Below are positions 1 to 11,510 of a stretch of 64,000 nt of DNA, one piece after another. A model generated the notes under the pieces. That model had not been told where the DNA came from and did not search any database. It worked only from the letters and a program-made list of their open reading frames with translations. Position 1 is the first letter of the stretch. Each line of letters starts with the position of its first letter. This stretch comes from Myxococcota bacterium (GTDB lineage: Bacteria > Myxococcota_A > UBA9160 > JAFDDA01), in the NCBI GenBank assembly GCA_965228475.1, contig OZ245817.1, positions 4,224,001 to 4,288,000 of the forward strand, written 5' to 3'. A program made the translations under genes and the position numbers.

Positions 1-307
1 CGTGGCTCTCGACGTCCGCGCAGAACCGATACCCCCGGCGCGCGTGACTGCGGATGATCTCGCCCCGGCCGGTGTCGCCGATCGCCCGCCGGGCGTGGCT
101 CACGGCGCGCGTCAGGGACGAGGGCGTGACGATCGTGTCGGGCCAGAGGCCCTCGTGGAGTTCGTCGAAGGAGACGACGCGCTCGCGTTCGCGCAGGAGC
201 AGGCGAAGCAGCTCGTACGGCTTCGGCTGCATGCGCACGGGCTTCCCCTCGCAGCGCAACTCGCCTTTCGCCTCGTCGAGCTCGTAGTTCCCGAAGCGGT
301 GGATCAC
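1..307 (-). CDS. OmpR/PhoB-type (CadC-like) winged-helix transcriptional regulator, N-terminal part; runs off the window edge
   Basis: Not in the ORF track. Manual translation from GTG 307 gives MIHRFGNYELDEAKGELRCEGKPVRMQPKPYELLRLLL...LWPDTIVTPSSLTRAVSHARRAIGD...RRGYRF, a typical trans_reg_C pattern. Confidence 0.85.
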   Translation of the reverse strand, partial: MIHRFGNYELDEAKGELRCEGKPVRMQPKPYELLRLLLRERERVVSFDELHEGLWPDTIVTPSSLTRAVSHARRAIGDTGRGEIIRSHARRGYRFCADVESH

Positions 308-424
308 GGCGGACAGCTTACTGCGGGACGCCAGGCCGGGGCACCGGAATCGCCGGAACGTGCTGCGCGGCACCCGAACGAGCCGGGTGCCGCGCCCTCT
401 CCGCCGAGCGCACGCGTGGCGCGC

Positions 425-1504
425 TCAGACCCCCTTCTTGCAGACGTAGAGGTAGTTCAGCGGGTCGTGCTCGAGTTCGGTGACGGTGACCTCGCCGAAG
501 CCGGCCTCGCCGAGCATCCGGGTGGCCGTCGCCCGTCCCCACATGGCGCCGAGCCCCATGCCGTCCTGCGCCAGGGAGACGCTCATGCAGTGCATGCACG
601 AGATCGTGTAGAGGAAGGGCGCCATCGGGCCTTCCTGGTCTTCGTGGACGTGGCTCGTCCCGGCGATGTCCTGCATCAGGAACGTCCCGTCCGGGCGCAG
701 CGCGCTCGAGATCCCCGCGAGCACGGTGTCGGGCCGGGCCTGGTCGTGAATCGCGTCGAAGGCCGTGATGAGATCGAAGCAGTCGACGTCGTCGAGCCGC
801 GAGACGTCGCGCACTTCGAATCGCAGGTTCGAGATGCCGTCGGCGGCAGCCGCCGCCTTGGCGTTGGTGACGGCTTCCTTCGAGAGGTCGTACCCCGTGA
901 ACTTGCTGCGCGGGAACGCGCGGGCCATCTCGGCGAGGGCGCGCCCGCTGCCGCAGCCGACGTCGAGCACGTGGATGCCCTTCTCGAGCCGCTCGACGAT
1001 CCCGGGGACCGCGGGCAGCAGCACGTCGATCAGCACGGCCACCACCGTCTGATCGCTCTCTTCGGCCATCACCGCATGGAAGCGGTCGTAGGCATCGTAG
1101 GGAACGCCGCCTCCGTGCTCGAAGCACTCGACGATCTCGCTCTCGACGCCGCCGAGCACGGCGATCCACTGGGCCGTGGCGGCCATGTTGCCGGGCCGCG
1201 CTTCGCGCGTGAGGCACGCCGCATGCTCGGCGGGCAGGTGGTAGACCGTGCTCGCCGCGTCGACCTCCACGATGCCGCCGGTCGCCATCGCGCCGAGCCA
1301 CTCGCGGACGTAGCGCTCGTCGAGCCCCGCCCGCTCGGCGATCTCGAGCGAGGTCGCCGGCGGCATCCCGGCCATCGTGTCGAACAGGCCCGTGCGATGG
1401 CCGACCGAGGTCATGAGCGCGAGCCCGCCGGCGTTCAGGATGCCGGCCATCTTGCCGGCGAAGGCTTCGGCGCGCGCGGGGTCGAGGTTCGTTGCAGTCG
1501 TCAT
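425..1504 (-). CDS. Class I SAM-dependent methyltransferase with N-terminal wHTH/dimerisation domain (Rv2258c-like)
   Basis: SAM motif VLDVGCGSG, FDAIHD, YVREWL N-terminal domain, C-terminal SCMHCM...GLGAMWG; GGAG SD upstream. Confidence 0.85.
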   Translation of the reverse strand: MTTATNLDPARAEAFAGKMAGILNAGGLALMTSVGHRTGLFDTMAGMPPATSLEIAERAGLDERYVREWLGAMATGGIVEVDAASTVYHLPAEHAACLTREARPGNMAATAQWIAVLGGVESEIVECFEHGGGVPYDAYDRFHAVMAEESDQTVVAVLIDVLLPAVPGIVERLEKGIHVLDVGCGSGRALAEMARAFPRSKFTGYDLSKEAVTNAKAAAAADGISNLRFEVRDVSRLDDVDCFDLITAFDAIHDQARPDTVLAGISSALRPDGTFLMQDIAGTSHVHEDQEGPMAPFLYTISCMHCMSVSLAQDGMGLGAMWGRATATRMLGEAGFGEVTVTELEHDPLNYLYVCKKGV

Positions 1505-1562
1505 GGTGTTCTCCGTGTTCTTTCGGTTCGTTCGAGGTGTCGGGCCGGTCCGGTTCAGGCGC

Positions 1563-2327
1563 CTACCAGCAGTCCGTCCGGTAGTCCGCGCGCCAGGCTT
1601 CCGGCATGCGCGGAATCAGCATGGGCGTGCGCTGCTGGTAGCGGCGGTAGGTGTCGCCGAACTCGTCGACGAGATCGCGCTCTTCGAGCCGGATGGCCAC
1701 GAGGATGTAGGCGGTCGTCATCCCGGCGAGCAGCAGGTGACCGACGGTCATGGTGGGTGTCGCCCAGAAGATGATGATCCAGGCCACGTAGATCGGGTGC
1801 CGCACGTTCTCGTAGAGCGCGGGCGTGACGAACAGGCTCTTCCGGTGCTCGGTGCCCTTCCAGTGCAGCCACGCGGGGCGCACGCCGAACAGGTCGAAGT
1901 GGTCGATCAGCGTGGTCGCGTAGAGCAGCAGAGCCCAGCCCGCGAGGTAGGCGATCGTCGTGATGCCCCGGGCGCCTTCGTCCTGGAAGTCCCAGACCAC
2001 GGTGTCGATCGGGTGCCACCAGGCGAACAGCGCCACGAAGGCCACGCTCGAGGCGAGCACGTAGGTCGCGCGCTCGGCCGGCTTCGGCACGAACTGCGTC
2101 CACCATCGCTTGAAGGCGGGCCGCGCCATCACCGAGTGCTGGAGTGCGAAGACGCCCAGCAGGAGCGCGTTCACGCCGAGTGCGGTCGCGAGCGGCGCGC
2201 TCGGGCCGCCGGCGTCGACCGTCGTCGGGACCGGGAAGCCGCCGATGAAGGCGATGGCGTAGAGGAAGACGCCGAGGAAGAAGGCGTAGGAGGCGAGACT
2301 GTAGGCGAGGATCAGGGCGCGGCGCAT
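1563..2327 (-). CDS. mddA: Methanethiol S-methyltransferase (ICMT-like membrane methyltransferase)
   Basis: FALQHSVMARPAFKRWWT, ERATYVL, HFDLFG, LY..VRHPIY, WATPTMTVGHLL, EERDL..FG..YRRY: MddA-family motifs. Confidence 0.8.
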   Translation of the reverse strand: MRRALILAYSLASYAFFLGVFLYAIAFIGGFPVPTTVDAGGPSAPLATALGVNALLLGVFALQHSVMARPAFKRWWTQFVPKPAERATYVLASSVAFVALFAWWHPIDTVVWDFQDEGARGITTIAYLAGWALLLYATTLIDHFDLFGVRPAWLHWKGTEHRKSLFVTPALYENVRHPIYVAWIIIFWATPTMTVGHLLLAGMTTAYILVAIRLEERDLVDEFGDTYRRYQQRTPMLIPRMPEAWRADYRTDCW

Positions 2328-2375
2328 GACGTTCTCCGTTCGGTGGGTCGGGGGCTTCGTTGCCCCACGGACCGC

Positions 2376-2452
2376 AATCTACGGAGACTTCGTCCGGCTG
2401 CCTTTACCGCCGACGAACCCTTTCCTTACCGTCCCTGCGCAGCGCTTTCACC
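2376..2452 (-). promoter_or_regulatory. mddA promoter: TAGATT -10 plus three 22-bp-spaced direct repeats (probable wHTH activator sites)
   Basis: On +, TTACC 2404-2408, TTACC 2426-2430, TCACC 2448-2452; AATCTA (TAGATT on -) at 2376-2381. Confidence 0.5.
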
Positions 2453-2467
2453 AGCGTTTTCAGTCGC

Positions 2468-3577
2468 TTAGCGGAGCGCCTTCGAGATCACGCGGCGCTG
2501 GGCGTTGACCTCGGCGAGCTCCTTGAGCATCGCGTCGGCCACGTCCGCCCCGGCGACCTCGTCGTCCTCGGCGTCGAGCTCGGCCATGTCCACCCAGTTC
2601 GCGTACACGCCGCGGGTGCGCTCGGTGATGATCCCGGCCTTCAGCAGGGTCTTGATGAGCACCCGGAAGATGTTGGTGCTTTCGCGCATGGTCTGGCGCC
2701 GGTCCTCGTCGCTGAAGGCTTCGAGCACGGCGCCGCGCACCCACTCCCACTCGAGACCGAACTGCGGGTAGATCGCCTGCTTCTGTTCGGAGTTCACCAG
2801 ATTGAACAGCAGCACCTGGAAGCAGTGCGCCGCCCAGTCTTCGACGATCTCGTGCTGCTCCTGGCTCAGATCGGGAACGGTCTTGTCCGCCCAGATCTTC
2901 CCGAAGCGATGGTGGAAGGCTTCGTCGCTCATCACGAGCTGGATAAGCCGCTTGAGCGTCGGGTCCTGGGTGCGGCTCGCGATCGTCGCGAAGGCGCCCA
3001 TCGCGAGACCCTCGATCAGCATCTGCATGCCGACGAGCTTCTTGTAGACCTCCGGCGCGAGAACGACCTCGTCCATCAGGCTCGCGAGCGTCGGGCCGCA
3101 GCCGAGCGGGCTGCCCCAGCGCTTGTGGATGTAGCGGGCGAAGCCATTCACGTGGCGGGCCTCTTCGCGCGCCTGGTTCGAGGCGTACTCCTGGGCGCCC
3201 GGATCCCGCATGATGTGGCAGAGGCTCGCCGAGAGGCTGAAGGCGCCCTGCTCGCCGTGAAGGATGGACGAGAGCTGGAAGCGCGTGCTCTCGTTCGCGA
3301 GCAGGATCTGCTGCTTCTCGTCGAGCCGGTCGGCGACGGCGCAGTTCAGCTCCACGGTGAAGTCGCGCGGCATGATGAGCTCCTTCGTCACGTCGAAGGG
3401 CTCCGCGTCGAAGTCGATGTAGCGCGGGTCGTTCGGGTCCCAGAAGTGGTCGCGCGTCGCCGAGATGATCTCGTCGAAGGCGTCGGCGCGGTCCGCGTAG
3501 CGGTCCACTTCGATCATGGACATGAAGTCGTCGCGGTCGACGGTGTTGTACGCGGGGTCGTGGGTGATGTGGGACAT
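2468..3577 (-). CDS. Ferritin-like diiron protein (AurF-like)
   Basis: Ligand pattern HGEQGA, EEARH, IEGLA, DEAFH; ATG 3577 with GAGGAG SD. Confidence 0.75.
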   Translation of the reverse strand: MSHITHDPAYNTVDRDDFMSMIEVDRYADRADAFDEIISATRDHFWDPNDPRYIDFDAEPFDVTKELIMPRDFTVELNCAVADRLDEKQQILLANESTRFQLSSILHGEQGAFSLSASLCHIMRDPGAQEYASNQAREEARHVNGFARYIHKRWGSPLGCGPTLASLMDEVVLAPEVYKKLVGMQMLIEGLAMGAFATIASRTQDPTLKRLIQLVMSDEAFHHRFGKIWADKTVPDLSQEQHEIVEDWAAHCFQVLLFNLVNSEQKQAIYPQFGLEWEWVRGAVLEAFSDEDRRQTMRESTNIFRVLIKTLLKAGIITERTRGVYANWVDMAELDAEDDEVAGADVADAMLKELAEVNAQRRVISKALR

Positions 3578-3597
3578 CGCTCGGGGCTCCTCGGCAG

Positions 3598-4227
3598 CTA
3601 ACGGGAAGGCGCTTCGGCTCCGCGCGCGATCATGCGCGCCGGAGCCAGGTGGTAAAGGGTTTCGATGATCTCTTCGCGCGTCGCCCGGGACGGGTCTTCG
3701 ACCCACCAGGCGATGACGCGAATCAGGGTGGCGGCCCGTGCCTGGGCGGCAGCAGCGGGGTGGATGCCGAGATCCTGGGTCTCGGCGAGGCGGCGGAGCG
3801 ATTCTTCGACGCGGCGGGCCGTGTCGTCGTGGATGCGCGCCGCGATCTCGCTGCTCTCGCTCCCCCGGTCGAAGGCGACGCGGATCAGGTCGCGCTTCTC
3901 CTCGGCGAATTCGGTGAGCACCTCGAGCATCGGCCGCAGGGTCTCGGCGCCCTCCTCGAGCTCGGCGAGCGCGCGCTCCTGCCGGGCACTCAACTCGGCC
4001 AGCGTCGAGAAAGCGATCTCCTCGAACAGCGCGTGCTTGTCCGCGAAGTGGAGGTAGAACGTGCCCGTCGCCACGCCGGCGCGCCGGGCGATTCCCGCGC
4101 TGGTCGCACCGTGGAGTCCGAGCTCGGCGAAGACCCGGGTCCCCGCCTCGAGGAGGCGGCGGCGGGTTTCGAGTCGGCGAAGACTGTGGCCGTTGCTCGG
4201 TTCTTGGAGGGAGGCGGAAACTGACAT
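3598..4227 (-). CDS. TetR/AcrR family regulator
   Basis: RRRLLEAGTRVFAELGLHGATSAGIARRAGVATGTFYLHF HTH. Confidence 0.9.
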   Translation of the reverse strand: MSVSASLQEPSNGHSLRRLETRRRLLEAGTRVFAELGLHGATSAGIARRAGVATGTFYLHFADKHALFEEIAFSTLAELSARQERALAELEEGAETLRPMLEVLTEFAEEKRDLIRVAFDRGSESSEIAARIHDDTARRVEESLRRLAETQDLGIHPAAAAQARAATLIRVIAWWVEDPSRATREEIIETLYHLAPARMIARGAEAPSR

Positions 4228-4248
4228 GACGTTCAGTTCATAATTCTA
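4226..4248 (-). promoter_or_regulatory. TAGAAT -10 box and ATGA-N8-TCAT palindrome over the TetR start (likely auto-operator)
   Basis: ATGA 4226-4229 and TCAT 4238-4241; ATTCTA 4243-4248; local AT-rich island. Confidence 0.4.
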
Positions 4249-4380
4249 ACCGGTGGTCTGGCCTCGGCAACCGGTGCACGCGGAGCCTGATTCGCCCCAG
4301 TTTCGCCATCGGGAGGGCCACCGCACCTCCCGGCAATGTGCAGGACCGCTGTAAGCTCCAGCGATCCGCAGGAGGAATCC

Positions 4381-5121
4381 GTGCCCGCGAACCGTCTCCG
4401 ACTCGCCCTCGCCGTGCTGTTCCTGGCCCCGGCGGGATGCATCCCCAACGAACCCGTCGGCGCCTGGCGGCTCCCCTACGGCTTCGGCTCCGCCGCCAAC
4501 ACCGGCGGCGCGACCCCGGGCGCCCTGGTCTTCGGCGACAGCCTGATCCACGGGCTGGTCCAGCAGGTGAGTGACGAGATCGTCGACGTCTCGGGCCTCT
4601 CGGCCGTCGCCTACGGCTCGGGCGGCGCGAGCCTCGCGCACTTCGCCAAGGCGAGCCTGCTCTCCCAGTATCCGGCGCTGCTCTCGGTCGAGGAGGGCGT
4701 CGCCTTCTTCCAGCCGCGCGTCACCGTGCTCGCCCTCATCACCAACGACGTCCGGCTCCTGCACGCCGAGCAGGACGTGGGCGGCGGCTACCGGCTCGTC
4801 GACTTCGAATGGGCCCTGGCCTCGACGATCGGTCACGCCACGGCCGACGGCCGCTGCGTCGTGCTCGTGAACATGTCCGAGCAGGTGCTGCCCGCCGTCC
4901 TCCCCTTCGCACAGGATGCGAACGCCGCCATGCAGGCCGCCGCCGACGCCAACCCGCGCGCCTTCCTCTTCGACTGGGAAGCCCACAGCGCGAGCCACCC
5001 CGAGTGGTTCATCGGGGGCGGAAACATCCACCACACCCCGGAGGGCGAGGACGCCTACGTGAGCTTCATCGCGACGGGCGTGGCCGTGGTCCACGTCTTC
5101 GGGGGCTGCACGACGCCGTGA
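4381..5121 (+). CDS. SGNH/GDSL-like lipoprotein
   Basis: GGAGG SD before GTG 4381; signal ending LFLAPAGC; VFGDSL, LITND, NIHHT blocks. Confidence 0.6.
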   Translation: MPANRLRLALAVLFLAPAGCIPNEPVGAWRLPYGFGSAANTGGATPGALVFGDSLIHGLVQQVSDEIVDVSGLSAVAYGSGGASLAHFAKASLLSQYPALLSVEEGVAFFQPRVTVLALITNDVRLLHAEQDVGGGYRLVDFEWALASTIGHATADGRCVVLVNMSEQVLPAVLPFAQDANAAMQAAADANPRAFLFDWEAHSASHPEWFIGGGNIHHTPEGEDAYVSFIATGVAVVHVFGGCTTP

Positions 5122-5209
5122 ATCAATCGGGGGACCGAAGCGTCTCCTTCCGAACCGTTTGAACCGCTTCGTAGGCCCGCCGCTGCCCCCGCGGCGTCAG
5201 GAGGAACCC

Positions 5210-6313
5210 ATGCGTACCGGCCCCCTGCCCTCGTTCGCTCTCGGCCTTGCCCTGGCCTGCCAGGCGCTCCCGACCGCCGCGGCCGGGCCGAAGATGGGCG
5301 TCGCCGAGGAGAAGTCGACGATCCAGCGCGGCGCGAGCCCGACCGCACGCGAGGCCTCTCCCACCCTGACGCCGCGACGTCCGGCCGAGAGTCCGGCGGC
5401 CGGGGACACCCGGGCCACCGAGAGCCCGAACGCCCTGCGCCCCGCGCGCCCGGGCATCGCGAACCCGGCGCGGCGCTACGGCCCGAGCGGCACCCTGAGC
5501 CCCGGGGACGAAGCCGTCGACGGCAGCGCCGATGGCCTCGGTTTCGCACCCGACCCTTGCGGCGACCGCTACGCCATCGAGACGATCCAGGCGAGCCCGC
5601 CCCTCGACCCGGGCGAGCAGATCCACATCCACGGCTGCGGCTTCGGGTCGAACCCGCCCGGCGGCGAGGTCCGCCTGCTCGGCGACTTCCCCGGCGGCTA
5701 CCTGAAGCTCAACCGCTACGGCTGGACCCCCCACGGCATCATCGCCGTCGTGCCGCAGGTCGAGGGCGTGAAGGACATGCCCGAGGCGCGCCTCCAGGTG
5801 ATCCGCCACGACGGCACCCCGAGCAACTGGTTCGACGCGGGCGGCTTCCGCGCCGCACGGGAGGCGAAGAAGATCCATCCTCAGCACGTCGGGATCTCCT
5901 GCGGCGCCGCGAACGCCGCGGAGTGCAATCTGGCCAAGAGCTTCCCCCTGGCCGAGGCCGACTTCTTCCAGAACGCGAGCTTCGCGGCAAAGCACCAGAC
6001 GAGCATCGCTCCGAAGGAGGACTGCTCGGCCCTCGAGATGCTCGGCTCGAGCCATCACCAGGGAACGGACGCGGTGACGATCGACCTGAAGAACGATTGG
6101 AAGCTCACGGGAGCGTGGGCCTGGAGTTGGGGCAAGACCACCGGCAACGGCACGGTGACGGGCCCGCCGTCCGTTCCCTCCGGCGTGTCGAACGCGACGC
6201 TGCAGTTCGATTGGACGGCCTTCGCCAACGCCTGCCAGGGGCCCCACGCCTCGGGCGTCCGCTACCGGGTCGAGATCTGGGCCGAAGGGCCGAAGGGCGT
6301 CCCGTACCACTAG
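5210..6313 (+). CDS. Secreted hypothetical protein with Pro/Ala-rich linker and IPT/TIG-like domain
   Basis: AGGAGG SD, signal peptide, PGEQIHIHGCGFG...WTPHGIIAVVP resembles IPT/TIG. Confidence 0.55.
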   Translation: MRTGPLPSFALGLALACQALPTAAAGPKMGVAEEKSTIQRGASPTAREASPTLTPRRPAESPAAGDTRATESPNALRPARPGIANPARRYGPSGTLSPGDEAVDGSADGLGFAPDPCGDRYAIETIQASPPLDPGEQIHIHGCGFGSNPPGGEVRLLGDFPGGYLKLNRYGWTPHGIIAVVPQVEGVKDMPEARLQVIRHDGTPSNWFDAGGFRAAREAKKIHPQHVGISCGAANAAECNLAKSFPLAEADFFQNASFAAKHQTSIAPKEDCSALEMLGSSHHQGTDAVTIDLKNDWKLTGAWAWSWGKTTGNGTVTGPPSVPSGVSNATLQFDWTAFANACQGPHASGVRYRVEIWAEGPKGVPYH

Positions 6314-6329
6314 GCCGGAGCGGCGCTTC

Positions 6330-8252
6330 CTAGCCGTCCGCGTCGGCCGGGAACCCGGCCATCAGCTCGAGGATCGCCGCGCCGTAGCGCTCCGCCTTGG
6401 CGGGACCGATCCCGTGGCAGGAGAGGAGCTCCTCCTCGTCGCGCGGCGCGCGCGCCGCGACGTCCCGAAGCGTGCGGTCGCTCGCGACGACGTAGGCCGG
6501 GACGGCGTCGGCCCGGGCCATGTCGAGGCGCCAGTGGCGGAGCGCCTCGAAGCGCGCCTCGCCCGCCGCATCGAGAGCGAGCTCTTCGCCGGCCGTCGCC
6601 CGGCTCTTTCGCCGCGACCCAGTCTTCCCCGAGGGCCGCGGGCCCGCGGAGCGCGGCAGCATGATGCGCGGCGGAAGCTCCCCGCGCATCACCGCACCGC
6701 CGGATTCCGTCAGCCGCAGGACCGGCCGGTCGCCACCGGAGAAGACGACCCAGCCGGCGGTCACGAGGCGCCGGACCAGACGGCGCAGGAACGGTTCACT
6801 TCGATCCGCAAGCGCCCCGAACGTCGGCGTCGCCGAGAGGCCCGTGCGGTCGAGCCGCTCGTCGGCCGTCCCGCGCAGGAGCTTCAGCGCCGCCGAGAGG
6901 CCGAAGCGGTCGTGGACGCGGGCCACGCCCGAGAGCGCCTTGCGAACCACGAGGCTCACCTCCTCCGGGTCGTCCGCCGGGGCGTCGGCGAGCTCGCGGC
7001 ACACGTCACAGATGCCGCAGCCCGAGAGCGTCTCGGCCTCGTCGCCGAAGTAGCGGAGCACCGCATCGTGCCGGCAGCTCCCGCCGTCGGCGTAGCGGAT
7101 CAGCTCGAGGAAGAGGTTCCACTTGTGCTCGACGACCTCGGGCTCCGGGCGCTCGCCGTCCGAGCCGCGTTCGAGCAGGTGCCGCCGCAGGCCGAGGTCC
7201 CGGGAGGCGTGGAGCAGGAGGCCGAGCGCCGGCTTGCCGTCGCGCCCGGCGCGGCCCACCTCCTGGTAGTAGGCCTCGAGAGAGCCCGGCGGGCCGAGGT
7301 GCACGACGGCGCGCACGTCCGCGCGGTCGATGCCCATGCCGAAGGCGTTGGTCGCCACGACGACGCTACGCTCGCCGGCCATGAAGGCCCGCTGGGTCGC
7401 TTCGCGCTCGGCTGCGGACAGGCCCGCGTGGTAGCAGCCCGTCGACCAGCCGGCGGCCGCGAGGCGTTCGGCCTCCGCTTCGGCCGCCCGGCGCGTCGGC
7501 GAGTAGACGATCGCCGCCCCTTCGGAGGGACTCTCGGGGTCGCGCAGCGCCTCCGCGAGCGCCGCGTCGATGGCGTCTTCGCGCTCGCGCCGCGTCTCGG
7601 TCTCGAGCGCGCGCAGGGAGAGGTTCGGGCGCGCAAAGCCGGTGACGATCTGCGGGGTCTCGGCCGGCAGCCCGAGCCGGGAGATGATCTCGTCGCGCAC
7701 GACGGGCGTCGCGGTCGCCGTGCAGGCGAGGATCCGCGCGCCCGGGAGTGCGGCGACCACGCCGCCGATCTCCATGTACTCGGGCCGGAAGTCGTGCCCC
7801 CACTCGCTGATGCAGTGCGCCTCGTCCACCGCGACGAGCGGGCAGTCGAGCTCGGCGAGCAGCGCGCGGAAGGCCGGCTGGGCGAGCCGTTCCGGCGCGA
7901 CGTAGACGATCCGGTAGCGGCCCTCGGCGACGCCGGCGAGACGGGAGCGGATCTCCCCCGGCTCGAGGGTCGAAGCCAGGTAGGTCGCGGGGACGCCGAT
8001 CGTTTCGAGGGCGCTCACCTGGTCGTGCATCAGCGCGATGAGCGGCGAGATCACGAGGGAGGTTCCGGAGAGAAGGCTCGCGGGCAGCTGGTAGGTGAGG
8101 CTCTTGCCGCCGCCCGTCGGCGCCACGAGCAGGAGCCGCCCGTCGCCGAGCAGGGTCTCGATGGCCTCCCGCTGGCCCGGCCGGAACGACGCGTGCCCGA
8201 AACGAGCGAGCGCTGCGTCGAGCGACCCTGTCTCCTCACCACCCCGATGCAT
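6330..8252 (-). CDS. recQ: ATP-dependent DNA helicase RecQ
   Basis: PTGGGKS, VDEAHCISEWGHDFRP, ATNAFGMGID, YYQEVGRAGRDG, Zn-binding C..CxxCDVC, C-terminal HRDC. Confidence 0.95.
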   Translation of the reverse strand: MHRGGEETGSLDAALARFGHASFRPGQREAIETLLGDGRLLLVAPTGGGKSLTYQLPASLLSGTSLVISPLIALMHDQVSALETIGVPATYLASTLEPGEIRSRLAGVAEGRYRIVYVAPERLAQPAFRALLAELDCPLVAVDEAHCISEWGHDFRPEYMEIGGVVAALPGARILACTATATPVVRDEIISRLGLPAETPQIVTGFARPNLSLRALETETRREREDAIDAALAEALRDPESPSEGAAIVYSPTRRAAEAEAERLAAAGWSTGCYHAGLSAAEREATQRAFMAGERSVVVATNAFGMGIDRADVRAVVHLGPPGSLEAYYQEVGRAGRDGKPALGLLLHASRDLGLRRHLLERGSDGERPEPEVVEHKWNLFLELIRYADGGSCRHDAVLRYFGDEAETLSGCGICDVCRELADAPADDPEEVSLVVRKALSGVARVHDRFGLSAALKLLRGTADERLDRTGLSATPTFGALADRSEPFLRRLVRRLVTAGWVVFSGGDRPVLRLTESGGAVMRGELPPRIMLPRSAGPRPSGKTGSRRKSRATAGEELALDAAGEARFEALRHWRLDMARADAVPAYVVASDRTLRDVAARAPRDEEELLSCHGIGPAKAERYGAAILELMAGFPADADG

Positions 8253-8383
8253 CACCGGCGATGATTCCACCCCCTCGGGCCTTTGGAAAGGCCGCCGGGC
8301 GCCTCGATCCTGGCTCGACGTCGACGTGAACGATAGTTTCCGAGCGCGGCGCGGCTCGGCTCTGCGGGTCGGCCGGAGGAACG

Positions 8384-9627
8384 ATGTCTCGAGACGAAGA
8401 GGAAGGCGCCGGAGAGCGGGGGCCGCACGCCAGGCCGGGCGTCGTCGCCAAGTTCGCGCTCCTGCTGGGAACGCTCGCATTCTGCGCGGGCTTCGCCGAG
8501 TTCGCCTTCCGCCTCGTCGGCTACTCCTCCCTCTACGACGTCTACTCGAAGCCATCCCTCTTCTGGCGCCACGACGCCGACCTCGGCTGGTCCCACGAGC
8601 CCGGCGCCACCGGGAACTACGTGGGCCCCCGGCCGTTCCCCATCGAGTTCGAGGCGCCGGTCCGGATCAACTCGCTCGGGCTGCGCGGGCCGGAAGTCGG
8701 CCCGAAGGCACCGGGGGAGCTCCGCCTCCTCTTCCTCGGCGACTCCGTGACGGTAGGCTTCGAGGTCGCGAACGAAGACACCTTCGTCGCGCGGATGGAG
8801 AAGCCGCTCTCGCGCCGGCTGCAGCGCCCGGTGCGCACCGTCAACGCCGCCGTGCGCGGCTACGGAACGGACCAGAGCCTCCTCTACTACCGGGAACGCG
8901 GACGCGCGCTCGAGCCGGACGTCGTGCTGCTCGTCCACTCGGACAACGACACGAACGACAACGTCACCCTGCACCGCGCGCGGCGGCCCTTCGGCAAGCC
9001 GGCCTTCGCCCTCGCCGCCGATGGTTCGCTCTCACCGGTCGGGCACCCGGTTCCGGCCTACCCGCTGTGCTCGGCCTGGATGCTCTCGGCCGAGGGGGAA
9101 GCCGTGGACGTCGGTTCGGCGGGGCAGCGAGCGGCTTGCCTGCTGCAGACGCGCTTCGCCGACCACTCGGCCGCCTTCGGCTTCGCTTCGCGCACGCTCT
9201 CCCGCTTCCCGGGAATCCTCTGGACCCTGAAGCGCTGGACGGCGCCGGCCGTACAGGACGAAAGCCGGCGCGAGAGCTCGGCCGGCCCGCCGTTGCGCCA
9301 GGCAGGACTGTTCGCGAGCGACGCCCAGGCGGCACCCGCGCTCGCCTCGGGCTTCGACCTCACGACGGCGCTCGTCGCCGAGCTCGCCCGGGAGGTCGCG
9401 GGCGATGGCGCGAAGTTCCTGCTCATCGTGACGAAGGGCGCCGACCTCGCGCAGCTCGATCTGCCCCGGCTCGAAGCCGCGAACGTCGACGTTCGCGTCA
9501 TGAGGAGTGAGGCCGCCCCGGAGCTCATGCGCTGGCGCAACGACAGCCACCTGAACGAGGCGGGTCACCGCCACCTCGCCGACCTCCTGGTGCGCGGGCT
9601 CCTGCCGGAGCTCCGGGGGCTCGGCCG

Positions 9628-9631
<4 letters not shown>
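8384..9631 (+). CDS. Membrane-anchored SGNH/GDSL hydrolase
   Basis: N-terminal TM helix, INSLGLRG, FLGDSVTVG, GYGTDQ, NDSHLNEAGH. Confidence 0.75.
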
Positions 9632-11442
<1,811 letters not shown>

Positions 11443-11510
11443 CGGCGCCTCCCGCGGAGGGCCCTCGAGGAGAAAGCCCCCGAGGAAGGTAACCATTGTC
11501 CCCCGGTTCT

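Noticed and set aside
365..395. 12-bp GC stem downstream of the methyltransferase
   Set aside because: Probably an ordinary terminator/stabiliser; no U-tract and no second copy seen, so not called as REP or ncRNA.
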